A stretch of DNA of 64,000 bases from a virus (IMGVR_UViG_3300031998_000039:34756-98755), one strand, 5' to 3'; counted from the first letter of the stretch, positions 47,817-60,293 are shown. Numbers and translations: made by a program. The notes: generated by a model from the letters alone, not told the origin.

Positions 47817-48716
47817 TTACTTTAGGAAGTCATTATATTTGTTTATATATGGTGCAATAGCTATTAGCTTTCCATATACAGGATATGTAGCTTTAACAGC
47901 ATCTTCTATTTTCATGCCCTTTGCCATATATTCTCTTATCATATTAATCCTGCCAGATTCTTTTAGTGCCTTAGATGTAAAAGCAGGGTTATCAATTTGT
48001 GACTGTACTTGATTAATTATCCTGTATATTGAATACACCGTAATTTCTGTTTCACTATCATTAGCATTATTTGACACAACTTTTTTAATTATTTGATCAC
48101 TGTCTCCGATCATTTCAAATTCTCTTATTCTATCTTCCAGTGTAATATAGTACCGATATGTATTCGCAGCCTCTTTTGCATAATTATACAATTCTTTACT
48201 ATATGGTATCTTTTTATTTTTTGTTAGTATATAACCATCTTTAAAATCAGACAACCTAACACTAATTAAATCTTCCATTGCTTTACCTGATAGTCCTTCA
48301 AAGCAGGCAAGACATATAAATTGATCTCGCGGGTTAGAGTCTGGAAACTGTTTGATAATATTTAATAAGTCTTCCCTTGAAATAATACGTTGGTCTGCTA
48401 TAACTTTATTAATACATTTTAATAAAAGATCCTGCGTGATTTCGTCATAATGATTAATATTATCTTTCAACATGTTTTCCGTTAAGCACCATGTTGTATA
48501 CGCTTTATATACACAATGGATATTATGTAAAAAATCTACTGACGGAGTACATAAAGATTTATAAAACTCTATTATTTCCGCAGCAGTCCATTCTGATAAA
48601 TCCTTTCCTAACCTTTCTTCATAAGATTCCGCCTTTTTAAAACATGCTTTAATATTATCCGATAACGGATTCTTATATTTTATATACATTTCTTTATTGT
48701 CTATCATAATACACAC
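47817..48716 (-). CDS. MrpR/YopR-like repressor with inactive tyrosine-recombinase fold
   Basis: LACFEGLSG and ALKESGRI replace the catalytic R and HxxR; SPbeta-like synteny. Confidence 0.65.
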   Translation of the reverse strand: MCIMIDNKEMYIKYKNPLSDNIKACFKKAESYEERLGKDLSEWTAAEIIEFYKSLCTPSVDFLHNIHCVYKAYTTWCLTENMLKDNINHYDEITQDLLLKCINKVIADQRIISREDLLNIIKQFPDSNPRDQFICLACFEGLSGKAMEDLISVRLSDFKDGYILTKNKKIPYSKELYNYAKEAANTYRYYITLEDRIREFEMIGDSDQIIKKVVSNNANDSETEITVYSIYRIINQVQSQIDNPAFTSKALKESGRINMIREYMAKGMKIEDAVKATYPVYGKLIAIAPYINKYNDFLK

Positions 48717-48723
48717 CTCCTTG

Positions 48724-49953
48724 TCATATATTAGCTAAGAGATAATTTAATTTTTTACCAGTTACCTGTTCAATTCTTACATTCTTAGCTATGTCCTTTG
48801 TTTTAATTGTTTTATTATACAGTTCTTTCCCTTTCAATTGCAATTTGTTTGCTAATGCTAAAAACATTATCGTAAATTCAATACTCCAACGTTCATCAAG
48901 TAAGTCTGGCACATCTAAATTTACGCCTTCAATTGTACTAATAATTTCATTTGATACACTAACAAGCTGTGATCTCTTATATGCCTTATTATCCTTTACA
49001 TATAACAAATCAATTAACCTAACCAACAGCGCTTCATTAATAATACCATCTTGGTTGATAATATCGTTCCCAAGTTTACTTTTAACCAAGCGACATACCT
49101 TAACTCCGACATCGTTCTTGTTCATAGCGCTGGAGTCAACCTTGGATAATGGAGTCTTCTGATCTTCCTGATATATAAACTGTCTTGCGTTTTCTTCATT
49201 TGCAAACATAATTCGTATTTCCATTGGATAATCAAATGTGTCATCAATATTGTACAAATTAGAAAACGCAATATATCGATGATATCCATCTAGTATATCA
49301 AACGGAACTTCGTCATTAATTGTTAACTTACCATCTTTATATGTAAAGTCTGTTTCAGGAGATAAGTTAAATGTTAATGTATTTGGAATAAAATCTCCGT
49401 TGCGATACAAATCCATCATCTGATCAATCGCTTTTCGGTTTAAGGTTACCTGATAATACTCGTAATCTTTACCCCGCTTTAATGTCATTGTTCTTTGTGT
49501 ATTTACGTTGTAATTAATTATCTGAGCATCACGCAGCTTCATCAATTCTTTTACAGAAATACGTCCAATATACTGTTCATCTGGTTTAATTTCAACCATC
49601 AGACTTTCAAAGGTATACGGGAACTTAATAGACGAAGTTTCGTATTTGTACTTTGAATATTCTTTTATTTCCCTTGGGGTAAAATAAGTTTTTATAGATG
49701 TATCTGATAACACAAATGACGCAATAGCGTAAAGAAGGACTTCAAGTGCGTCTTCCATATTTACCCTTAATGTTACAATATCGCTTACCATTCCCGGCGG
49801 AAAATTATATTTTGCATGAACATCCATACACAATTGCATTTGTTTACTAACAGGTTTTTTCAATAGTTTTTTGCTATTTCTATTAATAGATAGTTCTATA
49901 AATTTACGTTTTAGTTCCATATAAAATTTATCTTTGTTTAACATAGGCATCAC
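48724..49953 (-). CDS. DndB/DGQHR-domain protein (YopQ-like)
   Basis: NTQR, IPNTLTFN, ILDGYHR, FIYQED. Confidence 0.75.
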   Translation of the reverse strand: MMPMLNKDKFYMELKRKFIELSINRNSKKLLKKPVSKQMQLCMDVHAKYNFPPGMVSDIVTLRVNMEDALEVLLYAIASFVLSDTSIKTYFTPREIKEYSKYKYETSSIKFPYTFESLMVEIKPDEQYIGRISVKELMKLRDAQIINYNVNTQRTMTLKRGKDYEYYQVTLNRKAIDQMMDLYRNGDFIPNTLTFNLSPETDFTYKDGKLTINDEVPFDILDGYHRYIAFSNLYNIDDTFDYPMEIRIMFANEENARQFIYQEDQKTPLSKVDSSAMNKNDVGVKVCRLVKSKLGNDIINQDGIINEALLVRLIDLLYVKDNKAYKRSQLVSVSNEIISTIEGVNLDVPDLLDERWSIEFTIMFLALANKLQLKGKELYNKTIKTKDIAKNVRIEQVTGKKLNYLLANI

Positions 49954-50157
49954 CTCTTTTCTTTATTAAGTTTATACATATGGATCGCTTAACCAATTAT
50001 CTTCTTCTATATCTATTTCTTTTACCAATAAATTAATACAATCTTGCACCCCATCATTATAGCTTTTTGTTGATATATCTTTTGTTTTAAGCGCTTCCAT
50101 TTTAAATTTTAGCTCTTTTAAAATTTCAAGCATAAATATCACCTCTTTTTAAGATTT

Positions 50158-50186
50158 AGTCTATAATTTTTATACTGGATTGTCAA
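50158..50186 (-). promoter_or_regulatory. SigmaA promoter upstream of the repressor genes
   Basis: TTGACA-17 nt-TAGACT. Confidence 0.55.
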
Positions 50187-50187
50187 G

Positions 50188-51195
50188 TTAAAACTTAAGC
50201 AATCCACCAATTATTTCTGAAGCCTCTTTGCGTTCCTGATTATCAGTTACAATATATCGTTGTGTTGTAGATACTTCTGAATGTCCAACTGCACGTCTAA
50301 CAAACTCTATATTATGTGTTTTATTATACAAAATTGAACAAAATCCAGCTCTAAGTTTATGAGGAGAAATTGCATATCCCAAAGCTGCTTGAGAATACTT
50401 TTTTATTAAGGCAATGATGGATACAGGAGTGATCCTTTTATTATAATTTCCAATAAACAAGGCTTTATTACTCTTTTCACACATCTTTTCTCTATCAAGC
50501 AACCAGTCATTTAATAATGTTATAACGTCATCTGTAAGATTATATATATGACTTTTGTTTCCCTTATCGATTACAATTAATTGGTTATTATTGATATCTG
50601 TAATATTTATTGAACATAAGGCTGATTCTCTCATTCCTGTAGTCATAAATAAAAGGACTATCAATTTATCTCTTGTTTTAACATGAGACTGGTGCTTCTT
50701 TGCTGTTTCCGAGCCAACGCCTTGATCAATTGCTTTTATAATCTTATTAAAATCAGCTTGTGTTAACATAGGTTTAGTTTGCGTTTCAACTTCTTTATCT
50801 CTTGAACGCGGGCGCTTAATAGTTTTCATATAATTATCAGATATATAATTCATATTTAAAAGATAATCAAAAAAGTTTTTTAATGCAGACCACAAAGCCT
50901 GTTGTGAAGAAACGGCAACAACAACTTCTTCATCGGTGTCTTCGTCATATCTTTTTTTACAATAATTAAAAAATTCTATTGTTTTCCTTTGAGATAACTG
51001 AGATACATCTTTTGGGAATTGATCATACCATAATATCATTTTTCTAATATTGCATAAATAATCAAAACAAGTATGTATTGTCATATCATTAGCTCTTAAA
51101 TTTTCATACCATTCTTTAACATAATCTGGACAATCTAATAATAATTTGTTACATCTTTCTTCCCTTTTTAAATCAATTTCCATTCTGCCTGTCAT
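50188..51195 (-). CDS. XerC/D-like tyrosine recombinase (YopP-like)
   Basis: TGMRES, DKGNK, PHKLR, VGH, TTQRY. Confidence 0.9.
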   Translation of the reverse strand: MTGRMEIDLKREERCNKLLLDCPDYVKEWYENLRANDMTIHTCFDYLCNIRKMILWYDQFPKDVSQLSQRKTIEFFNYCKKRYDEDTDEEVVVAVSSQQALWSALKNFFDYLLNMNYISDNYMKTIKRPRSRDKEVETQTKPMLTQADFNKIIKAIDQGVGSETAKKHQSHVKTRDKLIVLLFMTTGMRESALCSINITDINNNQLIVIDKGNKSHIYNLTDDVITLLNDWLLDREKMCEKSNKALFIGNYNKRITPVSIIALIKKYSQAALGYAISPHKLRAGFCSILYNKTHNIEFVRRAVGHSEVSTTQRYIVTDNQERKEASEIIGGLLKF

Positions 51196-52543
51196 AATGC
51201 AACACCTCCTACTAATCTAACAAATCTATCCTTAATACTATTAGTAACACCTTTGTCTAATACAAAATTGTTTTTTACATAATCTTTAGCGTAATTAACA
51301 GTTGTCGCTTTTAAAGTATTTTTACAATCTAATTGTTCAATACCATAATATAATGCACCACTCATTTGAGCAAACATATAAATCTTTAACATATCTGATT
51401 GTAAACAATTTAATTCAGATTGATTTAATTTATTGCTATCATTTTTAATTTTTTCTATAATAATATTTAATCGTTTAATTTGTAATTCATTAAACAATAA
51501 CATGTTTGCATATAATTCACTTTCAGTGAACCATTTATAATATGAATGTTGATATTTATTATTTTCATAATTTGTTATTTGATACTGATCGTTTTTATTT
51601 TTAAGATACTGTTCAAAAATTAATTGTTCAGGAGTAGGATCAGTTAATAATCCAGTACGACTATCCATATAATAACAAGCTTGAAATGATTTCCCTTCAA
51701 TTGAAGTGATTATGTCAACATTTCTTGCCATATAAATATGATTATTTTTTACAGTTTCCATTGGGTGTGCAAAATTAATAGTTAATAGATCAACCTCTAA
51801 AGGATTAATATATAATTCACCGCTTAATCCGTCTGTGAAATCAACAGCTTTATTTAATTTAGTATGTTGTCTAAAAAATAACTCTTGTTGATTTGTTTTT
51901 ATAGATTTGGATTTAACCTTAAATAAATATAATAAAGTACTATCTTGATTAGCTTTTGCCTTTTTTACCTTTTGAATTAATTTTGATTGAGCAATTTCTC
52001 TGGTAATATAATAATGTTGATGTGTTTTATAATCAATAATATTATAATCAGAATATGGATTGTCTAAATCAAAGCATTCAAATGGACAATTTTCGTCTTT
52101 AAAAAACTCTGCGCATAAATGCCCATTTTCAATTAATCTTAATTGATGATTTCTATCATAATATACAATATCGCCTTTTGCAATTGCGTTCTGCCGACTT
52201 AGATCTTCATTATGTGAAGCCTTAATATCAGAACCAATCGCAACCCCAGCACTAAATAGACTATGTAATAATCCAAACATACAATCACCTGCCTTTATCC
52301 AATTTCATTTAAGCTTTCTATTACGCTTTGAATAGATTTAATTGCATTATTCAATTCCATTTGCGCATCTTCCATATTATTAATTGCGTCTTCAGAATCT
52401 ATTCCTCGCATACTATATTGTAAATTCTCTGGCATACTATCAAATGCATCTTGTTCTTCATCTAATACATTTTGAAGATCTTGTTCAATTCTTTTTAATT
52501 CTCTTTTAATTGTATTTATTTGTTTTCTTCTTTGCTTATTCAT
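51192..52543 (-). CDS. Two hypothetical proteins (51192-52280; 52295-52543)
   Basis: ORFs with RBS. Confidence 0.6.
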
Positions 52544-53026
52544 AATTTATTCCTCATTTTTCTGTAAGTGTTCAACTATATATTCCTTAACTTCTTCAAT
52601 CTCGTTTGCCTTAAACATATTACCATTCTTAACAAATTCCAACTGTTGAATATCAAATAACATATTAACCCACCAGATTGCCTTTTCTTTATCCATTTTG
52701 ATATCTCCTTTGATAAAAATTATGTAATCATATTATACACCACCTTTCACATATTTTCAACTCGATATCCAAATTTCTTAAGGTATCCGATATAGTTCTT
52801 TAAACATCCTTTATTACTAACAATTATCTCGTTATCACTACCTTTGGGATACGCCATTTCTGTTCTAAACTCAAACCGCTTTCTGTCATAATCAACAATC
52901 AAGTGTCGATTATTTGCATATCCCCTTGTCCGCCATTTCTCTTCAGGTTCCAGCCAAAATAAATGTTGAATCATAACACCACTTCCTTTCACAAATAAAA
53001 AAGGACAGTTATAAAACCGCCCTTTT

Positions 53027-53055
53027 ATTATATAGAACATCTGTTTGCTTGTCAA
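53027..53055 (-). promoter_or_regulatory. Consensus sigmaA promoter with LexA/DinR box in the spacer
   Basis: TTGACA-AGCAAACAGATGTTCTA-TATAAT. Confidence 0.8.
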
Positions 53056-53058
53056 GCA

Positions 53059-55992
53059 TTAATACCCGAACTGATGATTTAGATAAGGCTTAGACACCAC
53101 CATGAACCACTGCCTACACTTTTCGTTCCACTTCGGTTCATTAAAACGCCAGCCTTTATTCCTATTCTGCATACAAAACTTATCAACCTCTGCTTTTTCA
53201 TCAAACTTATAACAGTAGGTAACGTTTGCATATTCCACATACATCATGCACTCACTTCCCTTCCTAACAATACTTTACTTGCATAATTAACATCGTCCGT
53301 AACAATTAACAGCCGACGTTTACTGTCATAAACTTTGTAACTTATCGTTTTGCCTGTCTTTCCATTAATGAACTGGTAGATCCGTCCATATTCATTCTTG
53401 CAATATAATGCTTTAATTAACTGGTTCATTTATTTTCTCCTTTTTATAATCCATTCTGATAGCGGGACTGTAGGTTCATAAGATTCATCGCAATGACAAA
53501 AGCCTTTTTCAAAATTCTTTTCAAAATTTTGTTTAAATGCTTCAAAAGTCTTTGATTTTATTGGAATACATACATCACTGTCAAGCAAATCATATGGACG
53601 ACCTGTTCCTGTTTCTCCATATCCCGTATCCTTATCAATCAAAAATACATTTGCATATGGATACCAAGCTGAAGTGTCAAGTGTGTGCTGAAAATCAGCT
53701 TTAAGCTTCCCTACTCTACAGCATCCATAAAAGCCTTCGCCACGCTCATCATGCGACTTATGTTCTTTTACATACTGCTCCCAATCCTTTTCTGTCATAT
53801 CCCATTCAAACTTCATAATTATTTTCTCCCTTTCACATAATAATTTCCAACTGTTTTTCCTCTGCAATCCCATATATCTTGTACAACTCCTTCAGTTATA
53901 CAAGTATGATGATGTGCCACTGTTAACAATACACCTTCATCCATTTGCTGCTTTGTCAGTACCTTATCCATTTCACCAACAGTATACTTCTTTCCGTTCT
54001 TTTTGCGGGGCTGTTTCATTTTAATGTATCCATAATCTTTAAGTACAGCTTCGACAATTTCTTTATCTGTTATGCCATAGCATAATGTTTTTGCGTAATA
54101 AGCACATTTATCAACAGCTTCTTCATAACTAACGCCTAACGTGCCAACTATTGCTCTTACACAACAATCTCCAGTTTTGTGCTGTTTTGGATTTACATTA
54201 TATTCAAAATATTTTATCATATCATACCTCCACTGTATCAACTTCAAATACTGTATAGTCATCAGGTGCTAATATTCCATAACCATACAAATCCGTTGAA
54301 TTACCTATGCGTTGCATAAATGTTTCCTTAAGAGATTTCTCATCGTCTGATGACTCCATAAATAATTCCATGCATTCAGTAACGGTTCCACCATAATACC
54401 CAAAGATTAGCGAAAATCCTGTATATGAATCACCTTGAAACATCTTTGTTACATCAACACATCTAAACCATGCTTCGGCATCCCAAGCAAACTGGTCAGG
54501 ATCTGTAATGTCATCAGACACCACCGCAGCAAAGCTAAATATAGGAAACTTCATTTTTACAAAATCAATTCTCTTCCATAACTCATCAACACATTCCCGT
54601 AGTGTTCCATAAATATACTTGTCTGTTATTATCATATCTTCATCTCTCCTTATCCCCACATATTACATTTCTTTATAATTTCTTTTTCTGTCATTTCGTC
54701 TTGCACAAACGCACAACAATATTCACAAGTTTCCTTTTTGTCACAATAGATACAGCACCAAGCACATTCACTTTCTTCAGGTATATCTATATCCATTAAA
54801 CACCGCAGCTTGTCTTCCATAGCGTCACTCCTTCCTTTCTGTTTTGAATCTCATATAAATAAATTACAATTCCATCACTCCATATATGATGTTCATTACA
54901 TTTACTATGACACCAAAAACATAGTTGATCAGTTTCAAAACGTTCCTCGTAATATTGCCTATCTGCATCTGATAACGCTTGTGTCATATTAGTTTCTCTT
55001 GCTACCCCTGTCGGACATCCATCAAATACAGGGTTAATTTGTTTTGCCATATAATCAAAGGCTTCTTTAAATGTATCAAACAGATAAGCACCTTCATCAT
55101 CGCCCCAACTATTTGTTTCTATTGTAACAAACATATTCTCACTCCCCTTCACTTAATTCCTAATTTTATCTTCTACTTCATCTAACTCCCAAAATCCACT
55201 GATTAATTCATCAGCGTTGCCACCTTCGTTACGATCAAAGAATCTACAACTTAAGAATGGAACCCCATCATCCATTGGTTCCATATCAAAAATTGCATCA
55301 GGATTTTCCAAAGCAAACTGAACCATTTCTTCAAGCTGTTTGTCTGTAATTAAATAATAATAATTCATATCTTCATCTCCCTTCAAGGCTCGCTGTCATC
55401 AGCGTTAAGCCAATCATAATATAACGCGGTTGCATCATACTCATCTTCCGATAAGTAACTGTAACTCTCTAAGAACTCTTCCTTGCTGAGTATCTTAAAG
55501 TCGGACATCTTTGCAATGTCAGTGATAAACATCTTTTCCGTTATCATTCTTTCGTCAATATCAGATGAAGCCTGACATTCAAGACAACTGATATAGAAAC
55601 CTTCAGGATTAATTTCATCATGCTCAAGTCTCCATATCTCAATTTCACTTCCGCAATTAGGACATATAGTTTTCATAATTTCACTCCTCTCTAACACTCA
55701 TTGCCCAGCTTGCTACACTGGGATTGTATGCTTTTAAATCTTCAAATGTAATACCCTGCTCAATTAATTCTTCTAATACTTCGTTATCCGACATTGCACT
55801 TTTCTTTGCTTCTTCAAAAAAATCATCAAGCCATTCTTTTAAATCAAATTTCCTTTTTGGTTTAAGTCTTACCTCATCTTTACGAGTACACATCATAAAC
55901 ATAATTGGACTATTCTCATAATCAGTTACCTGCCAATCCATTGGATACCTTGTTAACTGCCTAATCATTTCTGCTACTGTCATAATTAACAC
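53059..55992 (-). CDS. Array of small early ORFs, including a papain-like Cys-His-Asp protein (53819-about 54220)
   Basis: GDCCVRAI...HHTCI...DIWD; the remainder are hypothetical. Confidence 0.55.
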
Positions 55993-56015
55993 TCCCTTCT
56001 TTGTGGTTCATAAGT

Positions 56016-57008
56016 TCAATCTGTTATATCAATCGTATAATTATATAATGCTTCCCAACATTTTTTTGATATTAATTTATTACCATACGCCTCATCAGCA
56101 GTTTGTTTTATTAATTTCTCTTTATACTCTTTATATACCATAAAAGCATCTAATTCGTTATTAAAAGTACCTAAATGAATATTCTTTTGTAATAAACCGT
56201 TCCAGCATTGCGCTATTAATAAGTTAGAATGATGCGGATCTTCCGTAACACCTATAGCATATTTACCACGCCTTTTTGCGTCATTTTGTATTAAATTATT
56301 AATGCTATTAGGTACAAGACAACATTTTTCAGGACTGTATACTTTATTTCCCTTTTGAATAATATCTTTATCTATTGCGAAATTTGCTGTGTTTTTCCAT
56401 ATTTCATAATTTTCTTCACAAATAATCCAATTATAAAAGTTTGGATAATACAAAAAGTCATCGCTTACTATACAATCAATATAAGTTATATTTTTAGATT
56501 TCGTTTGATTTTTTTTATCATAGCAACGTTCAATCATTTTTGTCCAAGTACGATACTCTTTAAGTTTTGTAGATCCATCCATACAGGGCGCTTCTTGTCC
56601 AGTAATACCTACTCCATATACCGATGGTAAATATGGATTTTGTGTAATTCCAAGTTTAAAATGCCTATAAAAAGTTTTCTTTATATGACTTGGATTATTA
56701 TCAAATTGCACAATGATATCATTTGCCCCATTATATGCAATTATTTTCATTAAACTACCTTGATTATTAATATTTTCCTCTCCAACTCTTTGAATTTTAG
56801 GTTTACGATTTGTATAATAATTTAAGGAATTTGGATTTTGTGTTACTCCACAATTAAATTCTCTCCATTCGGTTTTAACAGTTGTTCCATCATCAAATTG
56901 AACAATGATATTGTGACTATTAATATAATCTATAACAACCATTTTTAACCCATTTTTGTTAATTCTTTGTTCTCCTATTCTTTGATCTTTCATGTTACTA
57001 TGTGACAT
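56016..57008 (-). CDS. HNH-type endonuclease with N-terminal repeats
   Basis: Two R.GE..IN..G..M.II.Y...IIVQFD repeats; WTKMIERCY; IDKDI..GNKVYSPEKCCLVP; HLGTF. Confidence 0.82.
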   Translation of the reverse strand: MSHSNMKDQRIGEQRINKNGLKMVVIDYINSHNIIVQFDDGTTVKTEWREFNCGVTQNPNSLNYYTNRKPKIQRVGEENINNQGSLMKIIAYNGANDIIVQFDNNPSHIKKTFYRHFKLGITQNPYLPSVYGVGITGQEAPCMDGSTKLKEYRTWTKMIERCYDKKNQTKSKNITYIDCIVSDDFLYYPNFYNWIICEENYEIWKNTANFAIDKDIIQKGNKVYSPEKCCLVPNSINNLIQNDAKRRGKYAIGVTEDPHHSNLLIAQCWNGLLQKNIHLGTFNNELDAFMVYKEYKEKLIKQTADEAYGNKLISKKCWEALYNYTIDITD

Positions 57009-57010
57009 AA

Positions 57011-57493
57011 TTATTTTTCCTCAACTTTCTGTGGTTGTATTTTGTATTGATTACAAATATTAGAAACCTCTTGTTGCGTTAATATTTTATTAACTATTAT
57101 GTGTTCTGATATAATCCAAGGATATTTTTGGTGTGTATTTGTCTTAAAATAATACCAACTGTTTTTAGGTATTATGCGGTATCCATTGCGTGTTTTGCTT
57201 TCAATTTCTTTTCCTTCAACTTCGCACTCACACCACACTGTATCCTTACGTTGTATTAACGAACCGTCACTCGCTTTTTTGCCAATCCAGTCAGTATAAG
57301 GGATTAAAGCTGAATGAAACCCACTTCTCAAAGCTAATCTTCCACCGCATCCCTTTGCCTTAACATGCGTTTCATCTGCCAGCTCACCAACTTCAGCCTT
57401 TAGCCTTACTCCAATCGGAGTAGGCTTATCAGCTAAAACATAAAGAGGATATAACTTGTTATCCTTTATACGAAATAATTTGTATGTTATCAT
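57011..57493 (-). CDS. Conserved phage hypothetical protein
   Basis: YKLFR..LYPLYV..LALRSGFH..VWCECEV. Confidence 0.6.
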   Translation of the reverse strand: MITYKLFRIKDNKLYPLYVLADKPTPIGVRLKAEVGELADETHVKAKGCGGRLALRSGFHSALIPYTDWIGKKASDGSLIQRKDTVWCECEVEGKEIESKTRNGYRIIPKNSWYYFKTNTHQKYPWIISEHIIVNKILTQQEVSNICNQYKIQPQKVEEK

Positions 57494-57505
57494 ATCTCCA
57501 CCCCC

Positions 57506-58108
57506 TTATTTAAGCTTCTCATTGATTACTGTCTCGCCTTTTGTATAACACTTTAAGCAAGTCAGACACTGCTTTGCGCCACAATTTATCTTGATGTTTT
57601 CTTTATCAATTGTAGCTTGATCGTATACTGTAAATACCTTATCAACAAATGGATACTTGTTATTTACGCTCTGATTAACCATAATGCTTGATAAAATTAT
57701 CTGAAGATTATCGGGCTTTTCCGTTGCAACTGGTGCAATTAACTGCGGATTCTTTGTCCATAATGCAAAGCGTGTGTGAGGATTCTTTTTGCAGATATTA
57801 AAATAATTAATAACTTGATTAGTATTAATCAAATCTCCAAATGCCTCAAATCTAAAGAATGCTGCATTGATAACAGGAAGATATTCATCAGGGATAATAC
57901 CTGTTGTTAATACCTCTGCGTTCCGTTCAAAACACTGAGACATATTCGTATATCTCTTCATCTGCCTTAAAGCGTAACACTTCTCACATATGCTTCCCTT
58001 AACCTTCGCATGTTTAGCACAAAACGGATTAGTTTTGCTTGAAGTATTAAGGCTCTGCATGCCTGTCATTTTGCCACTCATTTTCTCAGTAATGTGTAAT
58101 AATCCCAT
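57506..58108 (-). CDS. GP88-like Cys-rich phage protein
   Basis: SICEKCYA, FRFEAFGD, LWTK, CxxCxxC. Confidence 0.55.
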   Translation of the reverse strand: MGLLHITEKMSGKMTGMQSLNTSSKTNPFCAKHAKVKGSICEKCYALRQMKRYTNMSQCFERNAEVLTTGIIPDEYLPVINAAFFRFEAFGDLINTNQVINYFNICKKNPHTRFALWTKNPQLIAPVATEKPDNLQIILSSIMVNQSVNNKYPFVDKVFTVYDQATIDKENIKINCGAKQCLTCLKCYTKGETVINEKLK

Positions 58109-58142
58109 AATTTTGTTCTCCTTTTCATTTTTTTATTGCATT

Positions 58143-58186
58143 AAAAGGAGACACATGATATACTATGAATGAATCATGTATCTCCT
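58143..58186 (-). terminator. Rho-independent terminator
   Basis: AGGAGATACATGAT...ATCATGTGTCTCCT followed by TTT. Confidence 0.6.
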
Positions 58187-59061
58187 GTGCAAGTGAGGTT
58201 ATTGATTCGTTTGGGCTTGAGTTAGGTGTTTCCCTCACCTAACTCTTTTTTGATTCTTCTGCGATCTTTAAAATACTTAAGTCGCTCTTCCCTGTGTTCT
58301 TCGCGCCATCTTTTGTTATATATGCGCTGATATATCTTATCCTTTGCTTTACCTTCTGATATACCATATTTCTCTGCTATTGCTTTGACCTCAACTGGAT
58401 CGTATGTATGTCTTATCATTAGTCGTCCTCCGTAAATTCCAACAGTTCTCTTGGAGAACCAACAAATATCGGCTTGTCTTCGTCCCAGTTCGTAACTATT
58501 ATTGTTATTGATTTACGTGATTCATCTATAACAACCTTGTAGTTGTAATCTTGTGGTTCACAATTAGACGGATATATATATAATCCACCAATTCCCTTTT
58601 TGAAATCCCTTATAAACTGAGCAACTAAACATCCTATGCCATTTGCGTTGTTACGATTATCTTCCCTAGGACTAAATCCATTAATAATAGTTTTACTTGC
58701 CAGCCACTTTGCTAATTCCTTTCCGACACCATCAATATATCCGTCGTACTGCTGATAGATAGTTACCAATTCATTTTCATTATCATTCCACTTCTCAACA
58801 AACTTAATTATGCTTCGTGTTCCCATATTTACGCCTCCTTAATCCCTTTTCCAATACAAGATACTCGCATTAATGTTAACTGATACTCTGACGGGAAAAA
58901 TTTTCTTAACTCATCAAACTTAGCTACGGGGTTCATAATATTTCCCAGTTCAATTCGACAGTAATGAATTCCATTCTTTGCCACATTGATTTCATAGTTG
59001 CTTTCAATCATCATAATTTTTACACTCCTTTCAAATAGGAAGGGGCATAAGCCCCAACCTA

Positions 59062-59997
59062 TCATGCACTAAGTAATATACCAACTGTCTTGTCAAGTAC
59101 ATCGTTACCGTCAAGGGTTGCCTTGAAGTGATTTTCCCTATAATTTGCAGTCTGTCTTAAAGGTTCGATATGACTTGTGGTATCAGCTACTGCCTGTACT
59201 AATCTTGCGCCTGTCATATCTAACACTTTAAGGTCTGGCGCATTATAGAATCTGTATAAGATATCATCTGAAAATCTCTTCAAGTTCTCCTTCTGTCTGT
59301 CTGATAAATCCTCACCAATAGGCACGATCTTCTGAATGGTCTTATATACAGATATGTCATTCAGCTTTACCTTATGCAACTGCTCAAAGGTTTCCTTTGT
59401 GGCTTCAATATATTTATTAGCGAACTGCAGTGTCTCCATTGCTTCGTCTAACTTATTCTGTATCGAACCAGTATGCCTTGCTGACCATACGCGCTTTGCT
59501 CCCTTAAGAGCCATGTTAAGAGTATTATTGCAAACTACGCGGACATTAGTTGCCGTTACTCGAACTGCACCGCTTCCATCATGAGTATTAGTAAAGACAA
59601 GATAAGGCATAACCTCATCTCCCAATATCTCAATACTCTCAGGCATTCTTGCCAGCAACCAAATTGTCTTGCCATCTTTAAGTGAGCCAGCAGTTTCATA
59701 TTTAACTCCCTCACCAAGTAAAGCATCTGTAAACTCAAATGCTTCTGAGTTCTGAACTATCTTGTAACGATCACCGACAATACCCAAACATCTTCCATCA
59801 GATGACCTTACGTTTGCGTAGTTTCCCATAATTTTCGTTCCATTACCTAAGAAAACTGGTTGCTGTTCAACGTTCCAGTCCAGTCCTGCATAACGAATTG
59901 CGTCCTCGCTTGTAGGAGCGCTTTCAACTGATTGTCCAAGCATATGCCACGGCTTTTCTCTTCCTGCAAAAAACATAGATTCTACTAAAGCTGCCAT
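59062..59997 (-). CDS. DUF932/DUF945-family phage/plasmid protein
   Basis: PWH.LG, AGLDW, Y.IVQN, ETAGSL, NTHDGS, RVVCNNT, RHT. Confidence 0.88.
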   Translation of the reverse strand: MAALVESMFFAGREKPWHMLGQSVESAPTSEDAIRYAGLDWNVEQQPVFLGNGTKIMGNYANVRSSDGRCLGIVGDRYKIVQNSEAFEFTDALLGEGVKYETAGSLKDGKTIWLLARMPESIEILGDEVMPYLVFTNTHDGSGAVRVTATNVRVVCNNTLNMALKGAKRVWSARHTGSIQNKLDEAMETLQFANKYIEATKETFEQLHKVKLNDISVYKTIQKIVPIGEDLSDRQKENLKRFSDDILYRFYNAPDLKVLDMTGARLVQAVADTTSHIEPLRQTANYRENHFKATLDGNDVLDKTVGILLSA

Positions 59998-60293
59998 AAT
60001 ATTTTTCCTCCTTATAATTAAAATTTATTATTCTTTAATACATATAACCAACTACTTACTTCACACAACAACTCATCAAATGATTTTGAAAACGGATATG
60101 CGGATACACCGTCTTCATACGATCCGATATCCGAATTAAACAACTCTACTCCGCATCTATGGTCGCATTCATTATCAAGTGTAAGCATTGTTTCCATTGC
60201 TCTTGTAATAATCTCAACTTGATTTGCAAACATATCCTTGTAGTTGTTTGCAACCACTCTCTTTACTGCATCCATTTGTTTTCCTCCTTTTAA

